DNA from: Eledone cirrhosa | Taxonomy: Eukaryota | Direction of reading: 5' to 3' | DNA length: 64,000 nt | NCBI GenBank assembly: GCA_964016885.1 | Contig: OZ024741.1 | Coordinates: 199,020,001 to 199,084,000 of the forward strand | Shown here: piece after piece, positions 25,928-38,404 of the stretch | Layout: every line of letters starts with the position of its first letter | Numbering within the stretch: position 1 is the stretch's first letter | Notes under the pieces: generated by a model | Told to the model about the DNA's origin: nothing | What the model saw: the letters and a program-made list of their open reading frames with translations, nothing else | Databases searched by the model: none | Position numbers and translations under genes: made by a program

Positions 25928-26366
25928 CTAGCAGAAAAACCACCCTTCGGGTGGTTTTCTGCTAACCTGTGTAGTGTGCATATTGATATTATACGCAAGT
26001 ATATATATATGCATGTAGATATGATACATCAAATAAAACTGTAATTGACAATATACACAGAAATTGAACGAAGACTGCGTTACACTGTCTTATGTAATCA
26101 GTAACGTAATCCACTGACGGAAATATATGACTGTTTATTTAAGCGATCGCTAACCGGAAGTGTTGACATTTGAACATTTTAAAGAAGTGAATCTTAAAAT
26201 AAGCAACAAAATTATTTATATTTAATCAAGAATAATGAAATTTAGTAGATACATTATGTAATATTCATTCATTATTTATTCAAAGTAATCCAACTTATTT
26301 TACAAACGGGATAAAAAAATATATTCTGGACGCTGTCCCGCACTCCTCCCTTTATTATAGTTTAGA
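25928..26366 (-). mobile_element. non-autonomous Helitron (about 440 bp)
   Basis: Minus strand starts TCTAAACTATAATAAAG and ends CTAG, preceded by the hairpin GCAGAAAACCACCC-GAA-GGGTGGTTTTTCTGC. Inserted between A and T with no TSD. Confidence 0.75.
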
Positions 26367-26371
26367 TTGTG

Positions 26372-26590
26372 TTGGATTGGCAGAGAATTAACATTATTGA
26401 GAGGGCATCGGACAACATGCTTTGCAGCATATAGTTACATACCTTTTTCATTTTGAGTTCAAATCCTGCCGAGGTTATAGTCTTGCCTTTCAGCCTTACT
26501 AGGTCAGTAAAATAAAGTACCAGTGGGGTTGATATGACTGACTTTCCCCTCCCCATAAATTGTCGACCTTTTGCCTAAATTAGAAATAAT
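26372..26590 (-). mobile_element. SINE family A
   Basis: Matches the family consensus on the minus strand. Confidence 0.8.
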
Positions 26591-26665
26591 TGTACATATT
26601 GTGTTTTTGTAAGGTCAAATTAACTCCAGCATTAACTCCAGCATTCATTATTTAGTTAGTGAGCA

Positions 26666-26887
26666 GGGCAGTGGAGTGGCAGTATCGGTAGAGGGTCGGA
26701 TGACATGCTTTGCAGCATAGAGTTACAGCCCTTTATGATCTGAGTTCAAATCCCGCCAAAGTTAACTTTGCCTTTCATCTTTACGGGGTTGATAAAATAA
26801 AGTACTAGTCACGCACTCGAGTCGATTTAATCGACTTTCCGCTCCTCCAAAATTGCTGGCCTTGTGCCTATATAAGAAACCATTATT
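26666..26887 (+). mobile_element. SINE family A (long variant) with TSD
   Basis: CATTATTTAGTTAGTGAGCAG duplicated at 26645-26665 and 26882-26902. Confidence 0.9.
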
Positions 26888-27019
26888 TAGTTAGTGAGCA
26901 GATGTCCTGGTGGCTCAGTTGGTGTGTTGGAAGTTCTGGTTAAAATGTGTAGTTAGTGGTTCAATCTTTATCAGAGTTGGAAAAAGTAGAAATTTAGTTA
27001 GTGATTAGGTATTGATGAG

Positions 27020-27224
27020 GGTGGTAGAATGGTAGGGCATCAGACAAAATGTATTTAGTTATGACTTCTACATTCTGAGTTCAAATCTCACTGAGGTCAA
27101 CTTCGCCATTCATCCTTTCAAAGTTGATAAAAACAAAGTACCAGTTTAGTACTGGGGTTGAATATAATGTATGCTACTCTTCTCCCAAATGGCTGGCCTT
27201 ATGTCAATGTTAGAAAGAATTATT
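27020..27224 (+). mobile_element. SINE family A, older copy
   Basis: Central domain and tail present; ATTTAGTTAGTGATTAG occurs on both sides. Confidence 0.75.
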
Positions 27225-30039
27225 TAGTTAGTGATTAGAATTCCAAGTGGAAGGAATCCACAGTAGAGGAAGACTAAGGAAGAGTTGGGCGGAAGTCATA
27301 AAAGCTGATCTCAAATCACTGAACCTCAGTGGAGATGACAGGATTGCAATGAGTGGAGAGATGCTGTGCCGAAAAGAATTTGTCCAACCCATGCAAGCAT
27401 GGAAAAGGAAGCATAAAATGATGATGATTGAGTTATATTTGATTAAACTTTACTTTGTCCTGTAAATTTTCTAGATGTTTACAACTCTAGAAATGACATG
27501 CTAGAAATAATACAGCAGTCAATTCTCATTTCATATGTGTTGAGTTCAAATCTGTAGGAGGTATTTTGTTGTTTATATCAATAAGGTCAGTTAATTCTAC
27601 AAACTTTAGGTCATGCAGCTGTTGGAAGGATGACTGGCTTCCTATCAAAAGGGGAGTTATCTTAATGCTATGAGACTTAGGGCTGGTGCAGGGCTTTAGG
27701 TGATATGTCTGTTTTGGGTGTGGTTCTTTTAGGATTAAAATTTTGATCCGCGTATTGCACTCACCATTATCATCATTTTAATATTGTAATTTCCAAGCTG
27801 GCATGGGTTGGACAGGACTTTTTGAAGCAATGTTTTACAGCCCAATGCCCTTCCCAACACTAATCCTTTTAGTTTCTTTTTATGACATGCTGAGATACGG
27901 TGAACCTATTCTTAACCAAATACAGGAAAGATCATTGTAAAAATTTGCAGTAAACTGAAGTAAAAGCTTTAAGTTTTGGGTGTGATGTAGTCATAGTGTT
28001 GTTTTGTATTTTGAAGAATGTCTTGCTAATACAGTTTCATGTGGTACCGGACATTAAGGGTTAATGCTATGTGACTTGTGCTGAAGCTAAGCTTTAGGTG
28101 TTATGTCTATGTTAGGTATGGTTTTCTTAAAATTAAAATTTTGATCCACAGGGCTTAAGATGATAGCAGTTTAATTTATTTTTCATGGGCATCGGTGTGG
28201 TTAGGAAGTTTGCTTTGCAACCATTTTGTCATAATAAAGCACTCAGTCCACAGTGAAAGGTGGTCATGCTGGTGCCATGGCAAAAAGTATCCAGTCCACT
28301 CTGTAAAGAGATTAAGTGATAATGATTATCATGATTATAGGCTGGATAGTGCTGTAAACCCAAGTATTAGTATGAATTGTTTGACAGCTGTTTGTATTTT
28401 GAATATTCGTTTCTAAATGCATCACCTTTGCAATCATTCATTCTTTTCTTTCTTCTGAATTGATCAATATGCCCATAGTAAGGAATGTCTGGCAGTATTG
28501 ATTCATCCTAATTTGAGCATAATCTTTTCAAATAAGGATCTTGAAGAGCCATGAAGTAGGTTAGGTTTAAGTTTAGGTGAAATTCATCCCATTATATTTT
28601 TGCCACTTTCATATAGCTGATAAAAGGATCACCATGTGCTTTTTCTCAATACCCAAGTAGGGCTTGATTTAAATGCAAAGACCAGTTGAAATGAGTTGTT
28701 ATGTCATCTTAAACAACTCAGACATGTGGTAGTACTTGTTTGTGTTGCTATAGGTACAGGTGTTATTAATGTCAGCCATGATCGTTAAAGTGAAATGCCA
28801 CATGGTGTAATGGATCTTTTGTAATCCCGTCTGAATAAAACTAAGTTGATGAACAAGTGCTGTTTCTTTTATTTATGACAGAAGAAAATAAACCAGTTGC
28901 TGATATTGGTTGGGTTAAATTGGTATAGTTGTAAAGAAAAACATTAAAAAATACATTTTAAATGGTCTGCTATCCCAGTATGGTATTAATGATACCATAT
29001 TAGTATGTATGTGTTTGTGCATGTGTGTAAGTATGTGTATGCAGGTATTTGTATGTATGTATAAATATTCTAGTTTGTTGTATTTGTATGTGTGTGTATG
29101 TGTGTGTGTGTATGTCACGATGACCCAGCAAATTAGTAGAAAGCTATTTACGACTTGCTTTGTTTTATAAGACAGGCAGAAGAGATGAATAAGTTATCAA
29201 TTTCTACTTTATCACGTGAAATTAATAACTGTGAATAGAATAAAGAATTATCATCATCATCATCATATAACATCTATTTATTATGTTTTTATGAGTTAAA
29301 CAGGCTAGCCAGGTCAGAGTTTTACAGAGTGCACTGAGAGCATTTTATTGTGTCTTTGGCACTGTCACATTGCAGTCTGGACTGGGTGTTTTTTATCATG
29401 GCACCAGCACTACCTCATTACAACTCTAGGTTGATCAGGGTTGGGAAGCATTGATGGGAATGGTGGGGTTTGTGTAAAAGACAGGATGTACATAAAACAA
29501 CTCCAAGGAGCAAATCTGATGACAAATAATTCCATTAAGATTGTGACACTTTTAAATAGTGAGAAGATAGAATTTTTTGAAAACTTTGCTGGATGTTAGG
29601 AGATGGTTTGAATAGTTTGTTAACCCGTTCAGTTACCAACCTGCCTGAGACTGTACATGGTTCTATGATATAAAATAGTTTATATCAAAATTAAAACCAC
29701 CCATCATAATTTTATGTAAGAACTTTTATGTTCCAAACCTTATTTGATAATTAGAAAGTTAGGTATTTTACTAAATACACCTAAATTCTTGGTTATCTTA
29801 AAAATTATTTAAACACATAAGCAGTGTCTTTCATTAGAAATATGGCAATGAAGATTTAAAAAGGGGAGGCAGATAGGCTGTCAGGGAATCTTTAAAATGG
29901 GAGTAAATGAGAGTAATTGAATTAAGATTATGGTAAAATGTCAAATATTTCCAGATTAGTGATATGGATCGCTAGCAAAGGAAGACAAAAAACAAAACAA
30001 AACAAAAATGCACAATCCTTATTGAATCGCTGAATTATC

Positions 30040-30730
30040 ATTGAAGATTATCTGCACATTATTGATCTGTGTCAAGGTAAATCAGTTTTGAGGAACTCAT
30101 ATTTGTTAAGGCTGTTGATTATGGTCAGACCTTACAGACGAAAAGTAGGTAAAGTGGAATGCCTCAAACTAAATTGCAGATTTAGATTACCAGAAGCTTA
30201 GTAGGCATTCATATGAAAAGAAGTTAAATATGGATCAAATGGTTAAAGATCAAATCCAATGATAGGTGAAATAAAATCTAAAGTAAAAATACTGATGGAA
30301 TACCTTTTCTGGCTATTACCTAAGAATATTGAAAACATATTAGGCTATGTAAATATATAATTAACAAATTTGATATTTATGTAGAAAATATAAAAGACAA
30401 GATGAAAAGTGAGAGCAGTATTATGAATAATTATTCATATCAAAAGTTTTATAATCACTCAAGTAAGAGAATTACAAAAACTTAAATTCATATCCATAAC
30501 CATCTTTCTTCTCAGTCAATTTAACTACATTGAGAAACAAAAATGAAGGTATTTGCCCCATCACTGACAGTAATGTTTTTCAAGAACTCATGGCCAAATT
30601 TGCTTTCAGAACAACTGTGAAAGACCCCAAACAAGAACACATCTCATTCAATTCAGTATCAGTGTCTAATGTGAATGTGAAGCAGCTGCCAATGTCATTT
30701 GGTGTCATTCAGACAACATTGACCCAATAA
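30040..30730 (+). pseudogene. possible highly degraded Helitron Rep/helicase remnant
   Basis: Across frameshifts: YLH/TLLICVK/ISFEELIFV (cf. YLRLLL.VKGPTSFEDL), LRNKNEGIC (cf. LRNLN..GLC) and KQLPMSF (cf. RQFPVRL). Weak, by-eye similarity only. Confidence 0.3.
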
Positions 30731-30940
30731 AATTTTCTGATTTAGGCAAAAGGCCAACAATTTTTGGGGAAGGGAAAATCAGTTAAATCGGCCCTAGTGT
30801 GTTACTGATGTTTTAATTCATCAACACTGTAAGGATGAAAGGCAAAGCTAACCTCAGCGAGATTTGAACTCAGAACATAAAGGAATGTAACTATATGCTG
30901 CAAAGCATGTTTTCCAATCCTCTACTGATACTGTCAATGG
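30728..30940 (-). mobile_element. SINE family A
   Basis: Matches the family consensus on the minus strand. Confidence 0.8.
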
Positions 30941-31590
30941 CAGCAAAAATAAATACATCCTATGGGTTGGGTGTAAATTCCTCTGGGAAGTACTCTTTTC
31001 AGAATTACTGAACTAGCATACCCCAGGAAAAATCTGGAAGAGAAACACTCTGCACACCAAAAAAAGAAAGAAAAGGTTAATGTATGGATATATGCCCTGT
31101 AAAGTTAAGGATGATACTAAGATAGATTTCTAATTGAGGCACAAGGTCAGCAAATTTTGGTGGTTGATTAAACCAACCACAGTATTTATCTTGGACTTTA
31201 TTTTGTTGACCCTATAAGGATGATGCTAAGATTGAAATGAAGTGTAACCTCCTCTTGAACTTATAATCATTACATTCTATCAAACTTTGTATAGTATGCT
31301 TTCACAGTCCTAGAGCAGGAGATAGCTATGGAATACCCAGTGAAAAAAAAAGAAACAGCAAACCCATTAAAGCCACAGAAGGCAACCAAAAATGTTGATT
31401 ATGTTACATTTTTGTGGCAGATATAAAACGTGATCGGCAGCTACCCAATAATGTCATCAAGGTATTACCTGCCAATACAGTATGATGTAGCTGAAACGAT
31501 ATACAGTATAGGAAAGATGTGTTTGTGTGTGTGTGTGTGTGTATGTATGTGTGTGTAATATATATATGTGTATACATACATATATATATT

Positions 31591-31791
31591 AAAGAGAGTG
31601 TGGTAAGATACCAGGTGGACCATAATGCACCAGAGTACTCAATCTTAGCTTAGTAGAGTGGGTAATAAGGAAAAGAGTCGGGACCCCAACGGCTGAGCTC
31701 CGGCTGTTTCGACAGCTAGATCCGAACTGGATCTTGCGTTCGGATCTAGCTGTTGAAATGGCCAGAGCTCAGCCATCGGGGTGCTGACTAT

Positions 31792-31797
<6 letters not shown>
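31591..31797. mobile_element. (TA)n-embedded fold-back element, homolog of 2135-2326
   Basis: Shared TGTGGTAAG..CCAGGTGGACCATAA..GTAGAGTGGGTAATA, then imperfect inverted arms at 31684-31727 and 31738-31781. Confidence 0.7.
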
Positions 31798-31864
<67 letters not shown>

Positions 31865-31979
31865 GTAAAAGGTAAAAGAAATAACAACACAATCGGTACA
31901 GTATATGGAAAGAATATATTAGGTTAACGCTTGAAATAGCAGGAAGAGGGTCTTAACGTTTCGGACACTAGTCCATATA

Positions 31980-32010
<31 letters not shown>

Positions 32011-34127
32011 GTGTGTGTATACATATATATATATCATCACTGTTTAACATCCCTTTTCCAGGTTTGCGTATGTACAAACGTTTAGAAACACATATTTCTG
32101 ATATGCAAACATACACATGAATCATTCACATGCACATACACATGTTTAGACAAACACACACACACACACAATCATGCATACATACTTTTACACAGATTTG
32201 CCGACATACATAAGCAGGCTTGTGCTCACAGATCAATGACATAATAGTACACACTTCCTAAAAAACACAGGCTGATAGATATCATCAAATGAACACACAC
32301 ACACACACACACTCATGCCCCCCACCCATACACGTGCCTCCCTCCCCTACATTCATGACCCCCTCCCCCCACTCATGCATACTAATACACCCTAAGGGAA
32401 TATCCCGTTTATGCTAATCTGCTGTGCTATGACCACCAGACTGATTACTGGCACAGATCTGCTTTGGTGTAACAACAACAACAATAATAGAAACAGCTAT
32501 CTCTACAGATTTCTTGTTAAACAGTTTAAATGAATCAGCTGCATTTGCTTCAAAGAAATACAACAAAGTAGTAGTAGTAGTAGTGTTGGTGGTGGTGTTG
32601 GTGGTGTTGGTGGCGGTGGTTGTAGTGGTAGTGTTGGTGGTGGTGGAGGTGGAGGTGAGGGCAGTGGTGGTGGTGGTGATAGTGGTGGTGGTGGTAACAT
32701 CATTGACAACGGCAACAATAACATGGTGTTTTTAACTGCTTCTTTGATTATATTAGACATGTAAAGAAAAGGCAAAAGCAGAAGAAGAAAACAAAATGGA
32801 AACAGATTAAGGTGGAAGAGATGGTAAATCAAATAAGTAGGAGGATCTGGCAGTGGTGATGGGGAGAGAGAGGAGAGAGGCAGAAGGTGGTACAACAGGT
32901 GGAGAGAGAGAGAGCGTAAGTAAAAGGGAGGAGTAGTAATATACATGGGGGTTGCAGGAGATAAAATAGAGAGTGTGAGACATAGAAGGGAAGATGGAGA
33001 GAAATGTAAATAATATAAAATGATGAGACTAAGAAATACAACAGAGAAATAGAGGGAGAGAGAGGGAGGGGGTAGAAGTCTGAAGGGAGAATGTAAAGGG
33101 TGTGAGATGTAGGTGTGTGTGGTGGGTGGTACAAGGCAAAGAGGAGAAAAATTAGTTGTATTGCAGTGGGGTTGGAGAATATATTTACCAGTGTGTGTTT
33201 TTGTATGTTTGTATGTGTTTATAGCCAGGAATATTTTCACAAAAGGTTTTACAATTAAGCAATGCTTCTTTTTATAAGCTATACACAAATAAACTAAACA
33301 AACAAGAATATGAATAAAGTAATAAAAATAGCTTCAGAGTTTATTTTTATTATTTTATTTAAACATTAAAAAAAAAAAAAAATTTATTTTGTTTATTTTA
33401 TTTTTTATTGATTTCGGAATATTTAAAAAGTGGTTTACTTTCTAATCTGTTAGTTGAACAAGATGTGGCGCGTTCACATTACATTTGCAACCAATTGTTC
33501 ACACAATTCGTTGCACTGCTATGTTGTCTAAGTATGTATTACCGAATCATTTGACTACCATTGGTTTCTTTCACTAATCTCCCAGGCCCCACCACCACCA
33601 CCACTAACAACACCACCACAACCACTGTTGTCATTGCCACCACCACCACCACCACCACTACCACTACCACCACTATTAATTCAACCAAGCTATTAGTTGA
33701 GTTATCAGTCATGCTTTTTATTGCATCCTTAAATATAATATTGATATTGTTGTTGTACTTTTGTCTCATTATATCTAAATGTATTGAACCATGCAGCTGG
33801 GAAAAGCAAGAATTATGACTTTGCAGATCCAGTAGTGTTTTCTTTGTATTTTCTTTTAATTGTGCAATCATGGATCAAGTTTAGATATTCAGTAATATTC
33901 ATCAGGGCAGTGAAGTAGAACAGTGGATAGAATGTTTTGTGGACTAGGTGGCACACTGTGTTCTTTAACAAGACACTTCATTTCATGTTGCTTTTCATGA
34001 TTGGACTGGGGCACCCTCCATGAAAACACCCAACAAACCTCATGGGAGGCCAGCTAAACCTACATTGGTGTGAACTGTAAATTAAATTGTGTTATCATTT
34101 TCTAGACAGCCAGTGTCCTGAAGAGTG

Positions 34128-34307
34128 ATAATTGTTTCTACTTTTGGCACAAGGCCAGCAATTACCCAGTACATTACTGGTACTTTATTTTATCGACCCC
34201 GTAAGGATGAACGGCAAAGTTAACCTCGACGGGATTTGAACTCAGACCGTAAAGGTACATAACTATGCTGGAAAGCATGGTGTCCAACCCTCTACTGATA
34301 CTGCCAA
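34128..34307 (-). mobile_element. SINE family A
   Basis: Matches the family consensus on the minus strand. Confidence 0.9.
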
Positions 34308-37293
34308 ATGATGATTGATCATGGTGAAACATTTTGGATAATATGTCTCCTCAGTCAGGGCTGATTATGGTTCTAAACATCATGAAGTCTTTTAGATCAT
34401 ATGTCTGCTCAGTCAGGGCTGATTATGGTTCTAAATTAACTCTTTTTTACACTTTTAATTTTAGTAGTGCCACAAAAATGCACCCAGTACACTCTGTAGA
34501 GTCATTGGTGATAGGAAGGTCATCCAACTGTAGAAACCATGCCAAAAAGGGCTGAAAGGATATTTCCATTGTATCAAAGGCATGATGACCTCTTTAGTGT
34601 TGGTGCTATGATAAAATGTGCTCAGTACACTCTGTAAAGTGGCTGGTGATAGGAAGGGCATCCAGCTGTAGGAAACTTGCCAGAAGGTCAAGAGGGTTGT
34701 TCAGTGTGTCAAAGACATGAAAACCTTCTTTGTCTTGGTGTCATGATGAAATGCACCCAGTACACTCGGTAGACCGTGGGATCATATGTAAGTGAGATGT
34801 GACCCTGGCATGTCTGAGAGGTCAGTATCTCTGACTAAGTACTGATTTGAATTATGATGACTTGTCTAATCATTGCTAGAAATGGTCAGTTAAATGCTAG
34901 TTAAATGGTCAGGTTTAAATTACATCAAGCCTGAATACTCTGGTAATTCTTGTATAAGATAGAAAATGATTGAATATTGGTTTGTATGTAATAAATTATT
35001 TCTGGAGTCTCTGTTTTTTAGTTTGAGCTCAGACAGGAGGCAATAATGTTACATGATTTTAAGAGAGGATGTTGATATTCTGTTTAGTACCTCACAACAC
35101 TGAGTTCAGCAAATTGACAAGGGCACCTTTGCATGATTGCTTAAAATATCAGCCAAATCTTCCTCAATTTACAATAAGCTAACTTCAAAAAACAAAAAGA
35201 AAAAAATAACCAAAATAAAGGATAGAATGGAAAACATATCATGGATACTCTGTTATCTGAAAAAATGGAATGGTCATGGTTGGAGCATCTTTGCTGAAGG
35301 AGGTTGACTGCTTCAGGACTGACTTGGAATTAAATGACAAATCTTGCTGCAGTTAACTTCAACTTCCTTTTTGTAGGAAGTTGTTGACAAACCTATTTCT
35401 TTCTAATAGTTAGACTGTGTAGTCACTGAAGAAGTTTAATAAGATTGAAACATGTTTGGCATTGTTACTGTACTGATTAAAACCATTCCCAAGTGCACTC
35501 TATATTTTTAATTAAAATGTTAAGCTTGTCTCCTATGTGCACTTGTAATTAATTAAAATTTCTCTGCTCATTACATCAAGTATGCTATCAATTACTTTGC
35601 TGTTATGTTTTCATGCTGCAGGCATCTTTGGATATTTCCCCTTAGTCATTCTTTTATCATATAACTTTACCTCATACAAATTTGACCTTGAAAATAAGCC
35701 ATTCCCAGTAAGCTGCATCTACAATCCAGTGTTGATTCTTGGTTGAAGGTGGCTGTAAAAAGAATGTTTCATTTGGAAAAGACTGTTAAGAGTAAGTGGA
35801 AAAGTTGAGGAAATCTTATATTGGTGGTTTCTGGTTTGGTCAGAACTATATTGATATGTGCTTATGTAGAATGAAGCAACAGGAAATTAACCAGACACTC
35901 AGAAAGATTTGGGTGTATTCTATGTTATTTTTGTGGTGACCTCATTGACAGATTTAATTTAAAACTTTGCTAAAGCGTTGTGCTTTTGTCCTTGTCTCAT
36001 TTCCTTGGGTGTAAACTATTTGAAATTAATGGTGAAAACATGTCTAGTGAATAAGGTTTTAGACTTATGGCATGAAGTCATCGGTTCGATTCTTGGACTG
36101 GACAGCATATTGTATTCAAAATGCTTTGAAAATCATTGGCAGTCCTTCATTAGAAATGTGGTAATGAAAGTGTTAAATTCAAATCATATCTTGTGTATAA
36201 GCTTGATGAGAGATGGGCATTATCTGATCAGCTTGTCCTAAATATTACTACACATTGGGGAAGTCTTAAAGGATTACTGGATTCATCATCATGGTGTTTA
36301 CTGAACTGCAGTTATTGCTCATACATTTCATTTTTGACTTGGTTTCTACAGCTGGATGCCCTTTGTAATGCCAACAGCTTTACAGAGGGTCCTAGGTGCG
36401 TTTCATCATGGCTCTAGCACTTCCATTTATAGTGGGTACTGGGTGTATTTTATTGTGTCAGCATCCCTACCATTTGTGATTATTTGAAAATTGCTGGTAG
36501 TGCCTTTTATTAGAAATATATAATTAATGGTTGTACAGAATTTAAAAATATCTTGATCTAGATATATTTTTTATGTTTAAAGCACCCCCTCCCCTTCATT
36601 TCTTGCAACTTAATGTCAAGCAGCTGAAAAATAAATACAGAATATATGTTATATTAGCCTAGAAAAAGTTATTTCATGTATTTGTATAACACCAATTTAA
36701 TGAGGTAATTTTCCTATCCTTATTCACAATATTTTCACAATTTTTACTCAGTTGATACAATCAAATTTCACTAATTATTTAACGTCTATTTTTCCATGCT
36801 TGCATGTGTTAGAGCATGGATAAAACCGTTTATTATATGGGCTGTGTAACATCCTAACTTTGATCAATTTTAAATAAAACACAATCTAAGCATCAATTGA
36901 ACGATTTTAAGTGGGAAAGCAAAGACATTCAAGTCCAGGAATATTGAATTTAGGCTATGAAAAGCCATATCTGTGATATCTTGGTCAGGTTTTCTGAGTC
37001 ACGTTAGAATTGAACATAGTTTTTATGAATTGATTTTTTAAAGTAAGTTTTAGGATGTTGTGTAAATCATTAATCTGAACCTTGGGTGCTTTAAACAGAT
37101 TTCACTCTGTTGCAAGCATTTAGGTCTGGTCTCTATACTATAAATAACTCCCTCCCACCAGTCTTAGAGGCTCTGAAAAGACTCTGTCCTTCCTCCTCAG
37201 AATAAATCAGGGATGGTGAAACCCTAACTCAATATAATATATGTTGCATATGTATGAAGTTATACAATTAAAGACTCATTAATATTGGTAGGA

Positions 37294-37543
37294 TTAGAGG
37301 TAAGCCCTGAGCAAGATTGCTGGATAACATCTATGATCTTGGTTACTTCTGACAGGACTCTCTGAAAGACCTGTCTGAGGACTGTGCTCTAATGACCCTT
37401 TCAGGAATAAGTGTGCAAAGAAGAAGCAGAAGCAGAAGAAGAAAGCTTAATTTACAATCTGACTCAACAAAAAGCCCTTTAAAAATCTAAAAAGAATACA
37501 TAAGCAACCCAATGTTTTACAACTAAAAGAAGGTTGTGAAGTT
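37294..37543 (+). repeat. about 250-bp direct repeat, copy 1 (RTE 3' end plus downstream flank); copy 2 at 41591-41832
   Basis: TTAGAGGTAAGCCCTGAGCAAG...AGAAGGTTGTGAAGTT is nearly identical in both copies. Confidence 0.9.
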
Positions 37544-38404
37544 CTTATGTACTTATAATTATCAATAGTACTAAAAAGGTTGCTTATTCTGGATTAAGTA
37601 TGTAAAACAAAAAAGTCATATATTGCGTCAGAGCTCAAATCCTGCCATGGACAATTTAGTTTTTGATCATGCTACTGTGTAGTAGAAGAAATAAATACCA
37701 GTAATATACTGTATACTAAGGTTGATTTTGAAGTCTTTGTACAATGCCAACATTAGAAATAATGCCTTATCCCATGGCAAAATATATATTTATTTTACAG
37801 TCTGCAATTGTGAGTCATAACCATATTCCTCTCTTCCTCACCATCCCTGGTATTCTAATATTCTGATATTGAGTCAGTTGTTGAAGTCTTCTGTGGAGAA
37901 GGCAATTTCTATCCTGTAACTAGTTCCCTTGTTCTTAAATACTTGCTTGTTCATTGGTTACAGCACCAATGACTCATAGGGTCTTCTTGTATATTGCACA
38001 TCACAGCAACACTTATTTCTATCAATTCCACCATAATAAATATATTTCCATGTTAAGCTTTTACACATGATTATGTTGTTATGTTACAATATGTCTTTCA
38101 TTTAATAACTTTTTTTTTTTTGGAGAGTGTGTGTGTGCACATGTGCGCATATGCGTGGTTCTGAAGATTCATTGGTTCATGTCAAGTGGGGTTAATATTG
38201 CAAAGAATTAGGATAGATAAAGTATTAAAACAAAATAAAATACAAATAAAAAAAAATGAAAGAAAACAATTTTTCCCCCTCTGTCAAGTATTGTTTATTT
38301 GTAAAAGTTTTTAGATTCCTGGAAATCTAGACATGACATGCCTGGAAATATTCGATGCATGATTGTTGCATCACTTGTATCACAGCTATTATTTTGGTGA
38401 CTGC

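Noticed and set aside
33400-33559. GGTAGTC-type transposon terminus
   Set aside because: No matching second end or TSD found.
32503-33871. Pro-, Val- and Thr-rich ORFs
   Set aside because: Low-complexity GGT/ACC and GA-rich tracts.
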